64,000 nt of DNA, from positions 193,079 through 257,078 of the forward strand of contig JABIXC010000010.1 of the NCBI GenBank assembly GCA_018666775.1, given 5' to 3'. Shown piece after piece: positions 18,713-31,208 of this stretch. Position numbers and translations under genes: made by a program. This DNA is from Rhodospirillales bacterium. Lineage in GTDB: Bacteria > Pseudomonadota > Alphaproteobacteria > SMXQ01. Position 1 is the first letter of the stretch; each line of letters begins with the position of its first letter. The notes below the pieces were generated by a model. That model did no database searches and was not told where the DNA came from. It saw only the letters and a program-made list of their open reading frames with translations.

Positions 18713-19345
18713 TTATTGAGAGGGTGTTTCTGCTTCGAACCGGTTGGTGGCTTTGCGCAGGGCTTCGATGAGGCCCTGAACGCCTTTTCGGCGCTGATTG
18801 ATGACTGATGCAAATTGTTTGCGATGGGTCAGTGGCATGCTGATGCCTTCAATTTTTAAATCCAATGCTTTGTATTCGCTGGTTTTTTTACGAATACGCA
18901 TTTCCATGCTGATGGCCGGCCCTGAGACCTGATTGATGCGGCCATAGACGACGGTCAGGTCGTCATTTACCGGGACGACCCGAAGGACATCCACTGTTTG
19001 CCCACTGTATTTCTTGAACAACCCAGCATAATTATGGGCAACATAAATTTCATAGAGTTTGAGAAATTCGTTGAATTGTTTGTCGTTGGTTCGACGCCAA
19101 TAAACGCCAAGAACGAACTTGGCGACTGCAGGGATATCAAAGGATCGTGTTAACAACTGGCGCAAGCGTATTACACGTTCGCCATCGCTGATCTTTCTTG
19201 AGGCCAGATCCTTGATAACGGTGTCGCTCAAATTCTGGACAAAATCTCTGGCACCACTGCGTGACTGTGCGACCGTTGGGGTTGCCAACATTAGCGCTAC
19301 CGCAAGGACAGAAAAGAAGCGGGTGGCCCGATTGGGTCCGGCCAT
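18713..19345 (-). CDS. mlaC: MlaC/Ttg2D phospholipid-binding periplasmic protein
   Basis: Signal peptide, FDIPAVAKFVLGVYWR, DLKIEGISM...RKQFASVI; downstream of mlaA. Start may be 19345, 19384 or 19399. Confidence 0.85.
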   Translation of the reverse strand: MAGPNRATRFFSVLAVALMLATPTVAQSRSGARDFVQNLSDTVIKDLASRKISDGERVIRLRQLLTRSFDIPAVAKFVLGVYWRRTNDKQFNEFLKLYEIYVAHNYAGLFKKYSGQTVDVLRVVPVNDDLTVVYGRINQVSGPAISMEMRIRKKTSEYKALDLKIEGISMPLTHRKQFASVINQRRKGVQGLIEALRKATNRFEAETPSQ

Positions 19346-19417
19346 CCGGCTCAGTCCAGTAATTTGTGAGCATGCAAAATTCATCGCAAAACATCCCATC
19401 TGAAGGCTTTAGACGGC

Positions 19418-20254
19418 TTACTCTGCGCTTGCAGATTTGTTGTCGAGTTTATTGTTGCGCGGTTGGTATGAAATGCCAGGCACGGGTTGGGCAGAGGTTG
19501 GCGCCCCATTCAGGATTTCATTGGTCCGGCGTTGACGGTACAGGCTGCGAATAGCGGTGTAGTAATCAATCGAGGTCCGTTTCAGCTCGTCCAGGGTTTC
19601 CATATTTCGTGCCCGAAAATCGATCCCGGTGGTCATTGCCCGAGCCGTGATCCAGCCATCGGCATTTTCATTGCGTGCCCAGATGTTAACAGGATCTAGG
19701 AAATATTCGGTGACTAGACCAGCCGCATCGCGGGGATTGCTGGGGCCGAAAAATGGCAGAACCAGATACATCCCGTCGCTGACACCCCATTTGGCAAAGG
19801 TCTGCCCAAAATCTTCAGAATGGCGTTCCATGCCCATAGACGTGGCAGCATCGAAGACGCCTAGAATACCAACCGTGGTGTTGATCACAAACCGACCCGT
19901 GGTATTGCCCGCGCGGTCCATTTCACCTTGTAAAAGGTCGTTTGCCAAAACCACGGGAGAGCGCAAATTGGAAAGGAAATTGTTGACGCCCTTCTGGACA
20001 GGTTCGGGTAAAACTTCACGGTAAACGGTTGCCGCAGGTTTGAAGAACATGCCGTCAACCTGAAGGTTGAATTGGAACATTGCCCGGTTAAAGGGTTCCA
20101 ATGGGTCGTTGTCATTTTCAAATTCAGCCCGCGCAGCTGGGTCACTTGGCGGGGTGGCACACCCCTGCAAAAGGAAGCCACCCATGACGATGGTCAAACC
20201 AGCCACAAACCGTGGCAGGGCACTTAACCCTAATGAAGAAAAAGCAAACATCAT
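19418..20254 (-). CDS. mlaA: VacJ/MlaA family lipoprotein
   Basis: Lipobox LLQGC, NDPLEPFNRAMFQFN, RFVINTTVGILG, EDFGQT, YLVLPFFGPSNPRD; start uncertain (up to 20299). Confidence 0.93.
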   Translation of the reverse strand: MMFAFSSLGLSALPRFVAGLTIVMGGFLLQGCATPPSDPAARAEFENDNDPLEPFNRAMFQFNLQVDGMFFKPAATVYREVLPEPVQKGVNNFLSNLRSPVVLANDLLQGEMDRAGNTTGRFVINTTVGILGVFDAATSMGMERHSEDFGQTFAKWGVSDGMYLVLPFFGPSNPRDAAGLVTEYFLDPVNIWARNENADGWITARAMTTGIDFRARNMETLDELKRTSIDYYTAIRSLYRQRRTNEILNGAPTSAQPVPGISYQPRNNKLDNKSASAE

Positions 20255-20694
20255 GTCTTTCCGATAAACGCGGCCCAAAATCGTGCCGTAGTTAACCATA
20301 TAATAGATTGATCACCAAACAAGTTACACAAAAAAATACACGGGTCTTAGATAGTTACCCCAATTTTGGCAAGCATGGAAGGGGGCTTGAATTGAACCGC
20401 TATGATTGCTCCGTCATGTAAAGTTTTTCTTAAATTGGACGTAAAAATATGGCTTTTTAATTTTTTACGCATATCCAAAAATGCATCTAAATTATAGGTT
20501 TTGTTCTTTGCAGGGGGTCGTTATTTGGGGCAAAAAATCTGTGATTACCCCCAAATATTCGTCATTTTTTTACAATTTCTTCATACATAATAATATATTT
20601 ATTAATATATACATATAGGATATGTTGCCGCATCCACACCGCCCCGCCGTTTTGGGGGGCAATTTACTGAGATGATGTGGGTTGCGCGCAAAGA

Positions 20695-21657
20695 ATGGAA
20701 AACGTGATGGTTGGTTTTGATGAATTTCTGACAAGTCTTCGGGCAGCGGCTGAGCCGACCCGACTTCGGTTGCTGGTGCTGTGTGCCAGTGGCGAATTAA
20801 CGGTGACGGAATTGACCCAGATTTTGGGCCAGAGCCAGCCGCGTGTTTCCAGACACCTCAAACTTTTGGTCGATGCGGGGCTTTTGGAACGATTCCGCGA
20901 AGGCACATGGGCTTTTTATCGTCTGGCGCGGGAAACAGACCGGGCTAAACTTGCCCGTAAAATTGTTGATATGTTGCCGATGGATGATCTCGCGTTTACC
21001 CGGGATATGGAGCGGTTTTCCGACATTCAGCAGGACCGGGCCAAAGAAGCCCAAGCTTATTTTAGTAAAAATGCTGCCCAGTGGGATGCATTACGTAAAT
21101 TACATGCCGATGATTCAATGGTCGACGCCGCCGTGCTTAAAGTTTTGGGCGATGCCCCGATTGGGTCGTTCCTGGATATCGGGACCGGCACCGGGTGCAT
21201 GCTGGAATTGCTGGGGCCGCGCGCAAAAGACGGGCTCGGCATTGATTTCTCAAGCGACATGTTAAACGTGGCCCGGGCCAATCTGGAACGTGCAAAGCTC
21301 GTTAATTGTCAGGTTCGTCATGGCGACATGTATGGCTTGTCCGCTGATGGCCGCCAGTTTGATCTGGTGACCATCCATCAGGTGTTGCATTACGCCGACC
21401 AGCCCGGGGTGGTCATCGCTGAGGCATCCAGGGTTCTTAAGCCCGGTGGCTCTCTGGTGATCATTGATTTTGCCCCCCACAGCGAAGAAACGCTGCGCAT
21501 CGATCATGCCCACCGCCGTCTTGGGTTCAAAGATGACGAAGTTTCTGATTGGTGTGTTGCTGCGGGCCTTGAGCCTCAGGCCCCGGTCTCTCTTGCCGGA
21601 GAGCCCTTGACGGTAAAAATCTGGCTTTCCCAAAAGGCAGCGGGAGCAGGATCATGA
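20695..21657 (+). CDS. sahR: ArsR-family regulator fused to a SAM-dependent methyltransferase domain (SahR type)
   Basis: N-terminal ArsR HTH (AEPTRLRLL...LTVTELTQILGQSQPRVSRHLKLL), C-terminal LDIGTGTG and HQVLHY; first gene of the metF-metH operon. Confidence 0.85.
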   Translation: MENVMVGFDEFLTSLRAAAEPTRLRLLVLCASGELTVTELTQILGQSQPRVSRHLKLLVDAGLLERFREGTWAFYRLARETDRAKLARKIVDMLPMDDLAFTRDMERFSDIQQDRAKEAQAYFSKNAAQWDALRKLHADDSMVDAAVLKVLGDAPIGSFLDIGTGTGCMLELLGPRAKDGLGIDFSSDMLNVARANLERAKLVNCQVRHGDMYGLSADGRQFDLVTIHQVLHYADQPGVVIAEASRVLKPGGSLVIIDFAPHSEETLRIDHAHRRLGFKDDEVSDWCVAAGLEPQAPVSLAGEPLTVKIWLSQKAAGAGS

Positions 21658-22562
21658 TGAGAGCACCATTTTTTGATGCAGGGGCCAGTGGAAATATCAC
21701 GGGCGATATCGCGGTTTCATTCGAATTTTTTCCGCCAAAGACCGAAAAAATGGAAGCAGCCCTTTGGGATTCAATCGGGCGTTTGGCACCCCTTGGTCCC
21801 CGGTTTGTTTCCGTAACTTATGGTGCCGGGGGCACAACACGGGAACGCACCCATGCAACGGTGGTGCGCATTTTGAAAGAAACGGCACTCACCCCTGCGG
21901 CACATTTAACCTGCGTGGGCGCATCACGCGAAGAAGTATTAGAGGTGGCCCGTGAATATTGGGACGCCGGTGTGCGCCATATTGTGGCCCTTCGGGGTGA
22001 TCCGCTTGATGGCGATCAAGCCTATGTTCCCCATGTGGGCGGGTTTGCCTATGCCGAAGAACTGGTTTCGGGGCTGAAAAGTGTTGGGGATTTCGATATT
22101 TCCGTTGCGGCTTATCCTGAATCGCATCCCACAGCAGTTAGCCCGGAAGCCGATATTGATAATTTAAAGCGCAAAATTGATGCCGGAGCCAACCGCGCCA
22201 TTACCCAGTTTTTCTTCGATCCTGATACTTACTTTCGGTTTCTGGATCGCGTTCGCGCAGCAGGCATCAGCGTGCCGATTATCCCGGGCATCTTGCCGGT
22301 CACAAATTTTGCCCAAGTGCAGAAATTTTCAAAGATGTGTGGTGCATCAATACCCGATTGGATGGCGCAATTGTTTGAAGGCCTGGATGAAGATACCGAA
22401 ACCCGCAAACTGGTGGCAGCGACGCTGGCGGCTGAACAATGCCGGGCACTGGCCGCAGGCGGGGTGCAGGAGTTTCATTTTTATACCCTGAACCGCGCTG
22501 ATCTTGCCTATGCCATTTGTCACATTCTGGGGCTTCGACCCAGTGTTGGAGAGGGCGCGTAA
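21654..22562 (+). CDS. metF: 5,10-methylenetetrahydrofolate reductase
   Basis: [49 protein letters not shown]. Confidence 0.97.
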   Translation: MMRAPFFDAGASGNITGDIAVSFEFFPPKTEKMEAALWDSIGRLAPLGPRFVSVTYGAGGTTRERTHATVVRILKETALTPAAHLTCVGASREEVLEVAREYWDAGVRHIVALRGDPLDGDQAYVPHVGGFAYAEELVSGLKSVGDFDISVAAYPESHPTAVSPEADIDNLKRKIDAGANRAITQFFFDPDTYFRFLDRVRAAGISVPIIPGILPVTNFAQVQKFSKMCGASIPDWMAQLFEGLDEDTETRKLVAATLAAEQCRALAAGGVQEFHFYTLNRADLAYAICHILGLRPSVGEGA

Positions 22563-25500
22563 TGGATAACGACATTCGCGCGCGCCTTGAAGCGATCATG
22601 GCAGAGCGCATTTTAGTGCTCGATGGGGCCATGGGCACCATGATCCAGAACCGGAAATTGAACGAAGAGGATTTCTCTGGCGACCGTTTCAGGGACTGGA
22701 CCTGTGATCTGAAGGGCAATAACGATCTTTTGAACCTGAGCCGCCCCGATATCATTGCCGATATCCACGAATCGTTTCTGGAAGCGGGCGCTGATCTGAT
22801 TGAAACCAACACCTTCAATTCCACTACCATTTCCCAGGCCGATTATCGGACCCAGAATTTTGTCCATGAATTGAATGAACAGGGTGCCATTCTTGCGCGG
22901 TTTGCGGCAGATATATGGACCAAAAAAACCCCGGAAAAGCCCCGTTTTGTGGTCGGTGTGTTGGGGCCAACCAACCGCACGGCCACCATGTCTCCCGATG
23001 TGAATGATCCGGGCTTTCGCAACATTTCCTTTGATGATTTGGCCAAGGATTATCGCCTCGCCCTTGATGGGTTGTTGGCAGGCGGGGCCGACATCATCAT
23101 GATCGAGACCTCGTTCGATACTTTGAATGCAAAGGCAGCGATATATGCCTTGATGGCGCGCGCCGATGAAACCGGTGAAATGCCGCCGGTGATGATATCG
23201 GGCACCATCACGGATGCATCCGGGCGCACGTTATCGGGCCAAACCCCCGAAGCCTTTTGGAATGCCGTTTCCCATGTGCGGCCCCTGTCGGTGGGGTTCA
23301 ATTGTTCTTTGGGTGCAGAGGGCCTACGCGCCCATATCCATACCTTGTCGCGGGTGGCTGGGGTGCCCATTTCGGTTCATCCCAATGCGGGCCTGCCCAA
23401 TGCCTTTGGCACCTATGATGAAACGCCAGAAATGATGGGATTCCAGATCGGCGGGTTTGCCCGTGATGGCATCATCAACATCGTTGGTGGGTGTTGTGGC
23501 ACCACACCGGAACATATTCGCGAAATTGCCGATCAGGTTGACGGGGTAATCCCCCGTCCCGTCCCGGAAATAACGCCTGCGTGTCGTCTTTCAGGGATGG
23601 AGCCTCTGACAATTGGGGGCAACTCTTCTGAGGATGAAATTGGCAGTGGCGCCCTGTTTGTCAATATAGGTGAGCGCACCAATGTTGCGGGTTCTGCCCG
23701 GTTTGCCAAACTGATCCGCGAAGGCGATTTTGATGCGTCTTTGAAAATTGCCCGTGAACAGGTGAACAACGGCGCCCAGGTGATTGACGTCAACATGGAT
23801 GACGCCATGCTGGATGCCGAAGAATGCATGGTGCGTTTTCTGCATTTGGTGGCAGCAGAACCAGACATTGCGCGGGTGCCGGTCATGGTGGATTCGTCGC
23901 GCTGGCCCGTGGTGATTGCCGGGCTTAAATGCCTGCAGGGAAAGGGCGTGGTGAATTCCATTAGCCTGAAAGAAGGCGAAGAAATTTTTATCAATCAAGC
24001 CCGCGAAGTTCGACGCTTCGGTGCCGCCGTGGTGGTCATGGCCTTTGATGAACAGGGCCAGGCCGATAGTCTGGAACGAAAAATCAACATCTGTGCCCGG
24101 GCCTACAAGATTTTGACCGAAACCGTCGATTTCCCGCCCGAAGACATCATCTTTGATCCCAATGTTTTTGCCGTCGCCACCGGGATCGAAGAACACAATA
24201 ATTATGGCGTGGACTTTATCGAAGCCATCCGCACCATTAAGGCCGATTTACCCCATGCCCATATTTCGGGCGGGGTATCGAACCTGTCCTTTTCGTTCCG
24301 GGGTAATGATCCCGTTCGTGAAGCCATGCACGCGGTATTTTTGTATCACGCGGTGAAGGCAGGCATGGATATGGGCATCGTCAATGCGGGCCAATTGGCC
24401 ATCTATGCCGATATTCAGCAAGATTTGCGCGAACGCGTCGAAGACGTGGTGCTCAATCGTCGCGAAGATTCCACCGACCGATTGCTGGAAGTGGCCGACC
24501 ATGTGCGCGGCGAACGTAAGGAAAAAGTTGAAGACCTGTCGTGGCGCGAAGCCCCGGTGGGCGAACGGCTGACCCATGGATTGGTCAAGGGCATCACCGA
24601 ATACATTGTCGAAGACACCGAAGAAGCCCGCCTTGAGGCCAATTTTTCCATTGAAGTGATCGAAGGCCCGTTGATGGATGGCATGAACGTGGTGGGCGAT
24701 TTGTTTGGATCAGGCCAGATGTTTTTGCCCCAGGTGGTGAAATCTGCCCGGGTCATGAAACAGGCCGTGGCCCATTTGATCCCCTTTATCGAAGACGAAA
24801 AAGCGGCGGGCAAGCGTGGGCCGAAGGGCCGGGTGATCATGGCCACGGTTAAGGGCGATGTTCACGATATTGGCAAGAACATCGTTGGCGTTGTGTTGCA
24901 ATGCAACAATTTCGAAGTCATCGATCTGGGCGTCATGGTGCCCTATGACACCATTTTGGAAGCCGCAGCCAAACACGAAGCCAATATGATCGGGCTTTCA
25001 GGTCTGATCACGCCGTCGTTGGAAGAAATGACCGTGATCGCTGCGGAAATGGAGCGCAGGAAATTAACCCTGCCGCTTTTGATCGGCGGGGCCACAACAT
25101 CAAAGGTGCATACAGCTGTAAAAATTGCGCCCAATTATTCAGGGCCTGTGGTCCATGTTCTGGATGCATCGCGCGCCGTTGGGGTTGCCCAAAAACTGGT
25201 GTCTGATACCCAGGCCAGCGCTTTCGTAAAAGAAGTGGCCGATGATTATAACGATGTGCGGGTGGCGTTCGAATCCGGCGATGACACAGCCCGGCTGCAC
25301 ACTATTGAAGATGCCCGGGCCAATGGCGTTAAAATTGATTGGGATGGGTATGCGCCACCAACCCCGGCCCTGACCGGCATTCAGGCGTTTAACGATTATG
25401 ATCTGGCCGAAATCGCAGAATTTATCGACTGGACGCCCTTTTTCCAAACCTGGGAACTGAAAGGCCGTTATCCGGCCATTTTAGAAGATGCCAAACAAGG

Positions 25501-26278
25501 TAAGGCCGCGCGCAGCCTGTTTGATGATGCGCAAGCAATGCTGAAAAAAATTATCGATGAACGGTGGCTGATTGCCCGGGGCGTGATCGGTTTGTGGCCG
25601 GCCAACGCCGTCGGCGATGATGTCGAACTCTATACCGATGATACCCGGAAAGCCGTTATGGAACCGGTGCATTTCCTGCGCCAGCAGATGAAAAAGACCC
25701 GGGGCCAAAATGTGTGCCTCGCTGATTTCGTGGCACCTAAGGAAACCGGGATAAAGGATTACATGGGTGGCTTTGCTGTTACGGCAGGGCTTGGCTGTGC
25801 GACGCGGGCCAAAGCGTTTGAGGCAGCGGGGGATGATTACCAATCAATCTTGTTGAAGGCGCTGGCCGATCGTTTGGCCGAAGCCTTTGCCGAACGCATG
25901 CATCAACGCCTGCGCGTTGAATACTGGGGTTATGGCGCACAAGAAGCGCTGATGAATGATGATTTGATTGCCGAAAAATACGCAGGCCTTCGCCCTGCTC
26001 CGGGCTATCCCGCCTGCCCGGATCATTCGGAAAAGCCAGCCCTGTTCGAATTGTTATCAGCCCGCCAAAACACCGGCATGGCATTGACCGAAAGCTTCGC
26101 CATGCAGCCCGCCGCCAGCGTGTCTGGCTATTACATCGGCCACCCGGACGCGCGCTATTTTGGCCTAGGTAAAATCGGCCGCGACCAAGTCGAAGACTAC
26201 GCAAACCGCCGTGATGTCAGCACCGAACAAGTTGAGCGCTGGCTGGCCTCCAATCTGGCCTATACACCGGGAAAATAA
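22562..26278 (+). CDS. metH: B12-dependent methionine synthase
   Basis: [26 protein letters not shown]12 motif [24 protein letters not shown]; start overlaps the metF stop (TAATG). Confidence 0.98.
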   Translation: MDNDIRARLEAIMAERILVLDGAMGTMIQNRKLNEEDFSGDRFRDWTCDLKGNNDLLNLSRPDIIADIHESFLEAGADLIETNTFNSTTISQADYRTQNFVHELNEQGAILARFAADIWTKKTPEKPRFVVGVLGPTNRTATMSPDVNDPGFRNISFDDLAKDYRLALDGLLAGGADIIMIETSFDTLNAKAAIYALMARADETGEMPPVMISGTITDASGRTLSGQTPEAFWNAVSHVRPLSVGFNCSLGAEGLRAHIHTLSRVAGVPISVHPNAGLPNAFGTYDETPEMMGFQIGGFARDGIINIVGGCCGTTPEHIREIADQVDGVIPRPVPEITPACRLSGMEPLTIGGNSSEDEIGSGALFVNIGERTNVAGSARFAKLIREGDFDASLKIAREQVNNGAQVIDVNMDDAMLDAEECMVRFLHLVAAEPDIARVPVMVDSSRWPVVIAGLKCLQGKGVVNSISLKEGEEIFINQAREVRRFGAAVVVMAFDEQGQADSLERKINICARAYKILTETVDFPPEDIIFDPNVFAVATGIEEHNNYGVDFIEAIRTIKADLPHAHISGGVSNLSFSFRGNDPVREAMHAVFLYHAVKAGMDMGIVNAGQLAIYADIQQDLRERVEDVVLNRREDSTDRLLEVADHVRGERKEKVEDLSWREAPVGERLTHGLVKGITEYIVEDTEEARLEANFSIEVIEGPLMDGMNVVGDLFGSGQMFLPQVVKSARVMKQAVAHLIPFIEDEKAAGKRGPKGRVIMATVKGDVHDIGKNIVGVVLQCNNFEVIDLGVMVPYDTILEAAAKHEANMIGLSGLITPSLEEMTVIAAEMERRKLTLPLLIGGATTSKVHTAVKIAPNYSGPVVHVLDASRAVGVAQKLVSDTQASAFVKEVADDYNDVRVAFESGDDTARLHTIEDARANGVKIDWDGYAPPTPALTGIQAFNDYDLAEIAEFIDWTPFFQTWELKGRYPAILEDAKQGKAARSLFDDAQAMLKKIIDERWLIARGVIGLWPANAVGDDVELYTDDTRKAVMEPVHFLRQQMKKTRGQNVCLADFVAPKETGIKDYMGGFAVTAGLGCATRAKAFEAAGDDYQSILLKALADRLAEAFAERMHQRLRVEYWGYGAQEALMNDDLIAEKYAGLRPAPGYPACPDHSEKPALFELLSARQNTGMALTESFAMQPAASVSGYYIGHPDARYFGLGKIGRDQVEDYANRRDVSTEQVERWLASNLAYTPGK

Positions 26279-26288
26279 ACCCGTCTTT

Positions 26289-26789
26289 TTAAATCCCGAA
26301 TGCAGCAGGGTAGGTTACTTTCAGGTCTGACCCGGAAAGCGTGCCGGGGGTTAATTCAAGGGCCATCAGTGCCGGGCCTGAAAAAGGTGCATCAAGGCAT
26401 CTTGCAAGATCAGCCGAAAACCCAAAGCGTGGATAGTACATTTCGTGGCCCAGCACGACGATCACGTTTATCTCTAAACTTCGGCATATTTCCAACCCTT
26501 CCTTGATCATGGCGGTGCCGATCCTCTTTTTCTGATGATCGGGGTGCACGGACATTGGCGCCAGCGCGGCGGCATTTTCAATGCCCTCAATGATCAGATC
26601 GGTGAACATCAGGTGGCCAATGACCCGGCCCGCATCATTCGTTGCCACCAGAGACAAGATCACGGAACCGTCTTCGCGCAAACGCTGGATTAATTGCGCT
26701 TCGTCCTTTTGTCCAAATGCTGCCGTGGTGACATTCTTAATGGCCAAATGATCGGCAGGCGTTTCAAGGCGGATAGTGACGGGCGGCAT
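26289..26789 (-). CDS. GNAT N-acetyltransferase (YhbS-like)
   Basis: IRLETPAD, LAPMSVHPDHQKKRIGTAMI, VVLGHEMYYPRFGF. Confidence 0.9.
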   Translation of the reverse strand: MPPVTIRLETPADHLAIKNVTTAAFGQKDEAQLIQRLREDGSVILSLVATNDAGRVIGHLMFTDLIIEGIENAAALAPMSVHPDHQKKRIGTAMIKEGLEICRSLEINVIVVLGHEMYYPRFGFSADLARCLDAPFSGPALMALELTPGTLSGSDLKVTYPAAFGI

Positions 26790-26803
26790 GACCTGATCCT
26801 TAT

Positions 26804-26838
26804 AAAAAAAAGGCGGGGAATTTTTCCCCGCCCTTTTT
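26804..26838 (-). terminator. Rho-independent terminator after thiC
   Basis: Minus strand GGCGGGGAA-aaa-TTCCCCGCC followed by a T run. Confidence 0.85.
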
Positions 26839-26859
26839 AGATTTGTTTTAACTGCTTGG

Positions 26860-28755
<1,896 letters not shown>

Positions 28756-28863
28756 TTACAGGGCTGATCCGGGGAAAACCGTGGGGCATTTGAAAGTGGC
28801 ATTGAAGCCTTGAGGCGCGGATCAAAAATTGCCGCTAAATGGTTGCCGTTAGGCCTCGCCTCA

Positions 28864-28994
28864 TTCCTTTCCTACGCCGGTACGATCCGGATCAGGTTCA
28901 AAGGGTTCTATCATCTTTAATGCCGTGAAAAAGCAGTTCTTTTTACGGCCCTGAGATGATGGTTCTCAGCCCCATGCAGGAGCACCCCCAGGAA
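28864..28994 (-). ncRNA. TPP riboswitch upstream of thiC
   Basis: Minus strand TTCCT-GGGGGTGC...GGGGCTGAGA...ACCCTTTGAACCTGATCCGGATCGTACCGGCGTAGGAA-AGGAA; promoter TTGACC-N17-CACCAT at 29002-29030. Confidence 0.96.
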
Positions 28995-29343
28995 CAGGCC
29001 CATGGTGTGCGAACGCTTCTTAAAGGTCAAGGGTGGACTTGTTTGCGGCCGTAAAAAATGTTGAATAACATGGTAATTTTTGGCTGTTTTCGGGTTTTTT
29101 TAGGGGCTGTGGATAAACGGCGCCTTAAGGTTCTGGCGATCATGATGGGTCACGTAAAACGCCGGGGGGGCCGGCTATAAACTGATCATTTGGTTTAACG
29201 TTGGCGGATAATACCGTGGGCAATTTAAGCAGATCAAAGGCCATTCAAGATTTTTCCGAAAGCGCAATCGCTTTCCTGGAATCCCATGTTGCGGACAAGG
29301 CTCGTAAACAAGTTTTTGATTCATAAACGTTTTTGGCTTTAAG

Positions 29344-31161
29344 ATGGGGAACCCTTATCAAAACCCCAAGAGCATGGCCAAACCAGCGCAGCATTTTCAT
29401 GATGTCCTATCGTTTCTGAACACATTTGTCAGGAACCGCCAGTTTGTCTTGTTTGGATTGGGGATTGCCATTGGCGCGGTGGCGGCAGGGGCGGCCATTG
29501 CCTTTCGCGATTTGATCGGGCTGATCCAGTTCGTTGGTTTTGGTTTCTCATCAGAGCGTATGTATACCCAGGCCGCCCAATTGCCGTGGTGGCAGATCCT
29601 TTTGGTGCCAACCCTTGGCGGGTTGATGGTGGGCTTGCTGATCCATTTTTATATGCCTGATCGAAGGCCCCGGGGCGTGCCTGATGTGATGGAGGCAACG
29701 GCGCTTCATGGCGGGCGGTTGAACTTCAGGACAGGCATGGTTGCGGCCCTTGCATCAATGGTGTCCATTGGGAGCGGGGCATCCGTTGGCCGTGAAGGCC
29801 CGGTGGTTCATTTGGGCGCAACCCTGTCTGCATGGATTGCCCGCAGGTTGCATCTGTCGCGCCAGCTCCGGTTGACGCTGTTGGGGTGTGGGGCGGCATC
29901 GGCCATTGCGGCATCCTTTAACACGCCCATTGCCGGGGTGTTTTTTGCCCTTGAAGTGGTGGTCGGGCATTACGCCCTTTCTTCTTTTGCCCCTATTGTC
30001 ATCGCCTCTGTGACCGGGACCATCATTTCCAGGCTTTACTACGGTAACTTTCCAGCCTTCACCATTCCCAATCAAACCATTGCATCGTTTCTGGAATTGC
30101 CAGCCTTTGCGCTTTTGGGCGTGGTGGCAGCCATCATTGCCACAGCCTTTATCAAGGCGACCATGGCGGCGCAAAATCAGGCGGCGCAATTGCCGGGTCC
30201 TGTCTGGATCAGGCCGGCGATGGCTGGATTGATATTGGGTGGTGTTGGGATTGCATTTCCCCATGTTTTGGGGGTGGGCTATGAAACCACCGATGCGGCT
30301 TTGTCCGTGAAATTTTCTTTGGCCATGATGATCGGATTGCTGATCTTGAAATGGGCCATGACAGTTTTATGTCTGGGTGCTGGCTTTTCTGGCGGCGTGT
30401 TCAGCCCGTCTTTGGTGATGGGGGCACTGGCCGGCGGTGCCTTTGGCATCATCGCAACGGCGGCGTTTCCGGAATTGTCATCGGGGCCTGGAACCTATGC
30501 CATTGTTGGGATGGGAGCGTTGGCGGGCGCGGTTCTGGGGGCGCCGATTTCAACCATTTTGATCATTTTCGAACTGACATCCAATTTCACCCTGACCATT
30601 GCTGTGATGGTGGGGGTGGTGGTGGCTTCGGTGATCACAGAACAGGCGGCAGGACATTCGTTCTTTACCCAGCAGTTGAAACGCCGGGGCATCAGCCTTG
30701 ATAGTGGGCGGGAAACCGGGCTTTTGCGCTCCAGGCGGGTGGATGAGATCATGCGCGATGATTACGATGGGGTGCCCGAAGATATGTCCTTGCCGCAATT
30801 GCGCGCACGCCTGCAAAAGGTTTCGTACGGTGAACTCTTCATGATCAACGCAGATGGCGCCTTAAGTGGCACCATTACTTTGGCCGATCTATCCGAAGCG
30901 GCCTTTGAAACGTCATATGACGCGCATTTAAAGGCCGTGGATGTGGCGCGTGCCAACCCGCCGGTGCTGCCCATCAGCGCCAATCTGGAGGAAGCGCGAC
31001 GCCTGCTGGATGACGCCCAGGAAAACCAGATTGCCGTCGTTGAAGACATGGAAAGCATGACGCTGGTTGGCTTCTTGCGGGAACGCGATGTCATGGCGGC
31101 CTACAATCAGGCCATGGAAGCCGCCCGGGCCGAAGAAAGAGGCGAAGTGTCGTCGGGATAG
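29344..31161 (+). CDS. CLC chloride channel/antiporter with a C-terminal CBS pair
   Basis: RGVPDV, GASVGREGP (gating Glu), ASFNTPIAG, GGVFSP, APISTILIIFELT; CBS-like tail. Confidence 0.93.
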   Translation: MGNPYQNPKSMAKPAQHFHDVLSFLNTFVRNRQFVLFGLGIAIGAVAAGAAIAFRDLIGLIQFVGFGFSSERMYTQAAQLPWWQILLVPTLGGLMVGLLIHFYMPDRRPRGVPDVMEATALHGGRLNFRTGMVAALASMVSIGSGASVGREGPVVHLGATLSAWIARRLHLSRQLRLTLLGCGAASAIAASFNTPIAGVFFALEVVVGHYALSSFAPIVIASVTGTIISRLYYGNFPAFTIPNQTIASFLELPAFALLGVVAAIIATAFIKATMAAQNQAAQLPGPVWIRPAMAGLILGGVGIAFPHVLGVGYETTDAALSVKFSLAMMIGLLILKWAMTVLCLGAGFSGGVFSPSLVMGALAGGAFGIIATAAFPELSSGPGTYAIVGMGALAGAVLGAPISTILIIFELTSNFTLTIAVMVGVVVASVITEQAAGHSFFTQQLKRRGISLDSGRETGLLRSRRVDEIMRDDYDGVPEDMSLPQLRARLQKVSYGELFMINADGALSGTITLADLSEAAFETSYDAHLKAVDVARANPPVLPISANLEEARRLLDDAQENQIAVVEDMESMTLVGFLRERDVMAAYNQAMEAARAEERGEVSSG

Positions 31162-31208
31162 TGATTAGTCGTGGATTTGGGGCACCCTGATCGTGCTATA
31201 AGGGGTCG

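Noticed and set aside
29030..29343. Possible replication origin (perfect DnaA box TGTGGATAA at 29108-29116 in a long intergenic gap)
   Set aside because: Only one perfect box, no box cluster or unwinding element, and the thiC/CLC context is not a known oriC neighbourhood
29344..31161. Fluoride-specific CLC-F or fluoride riboswitch
   Set aside because: Has GVP/GREGP motifs rather than GNN/GREGT, and no riboswitch consensus was seen upstream
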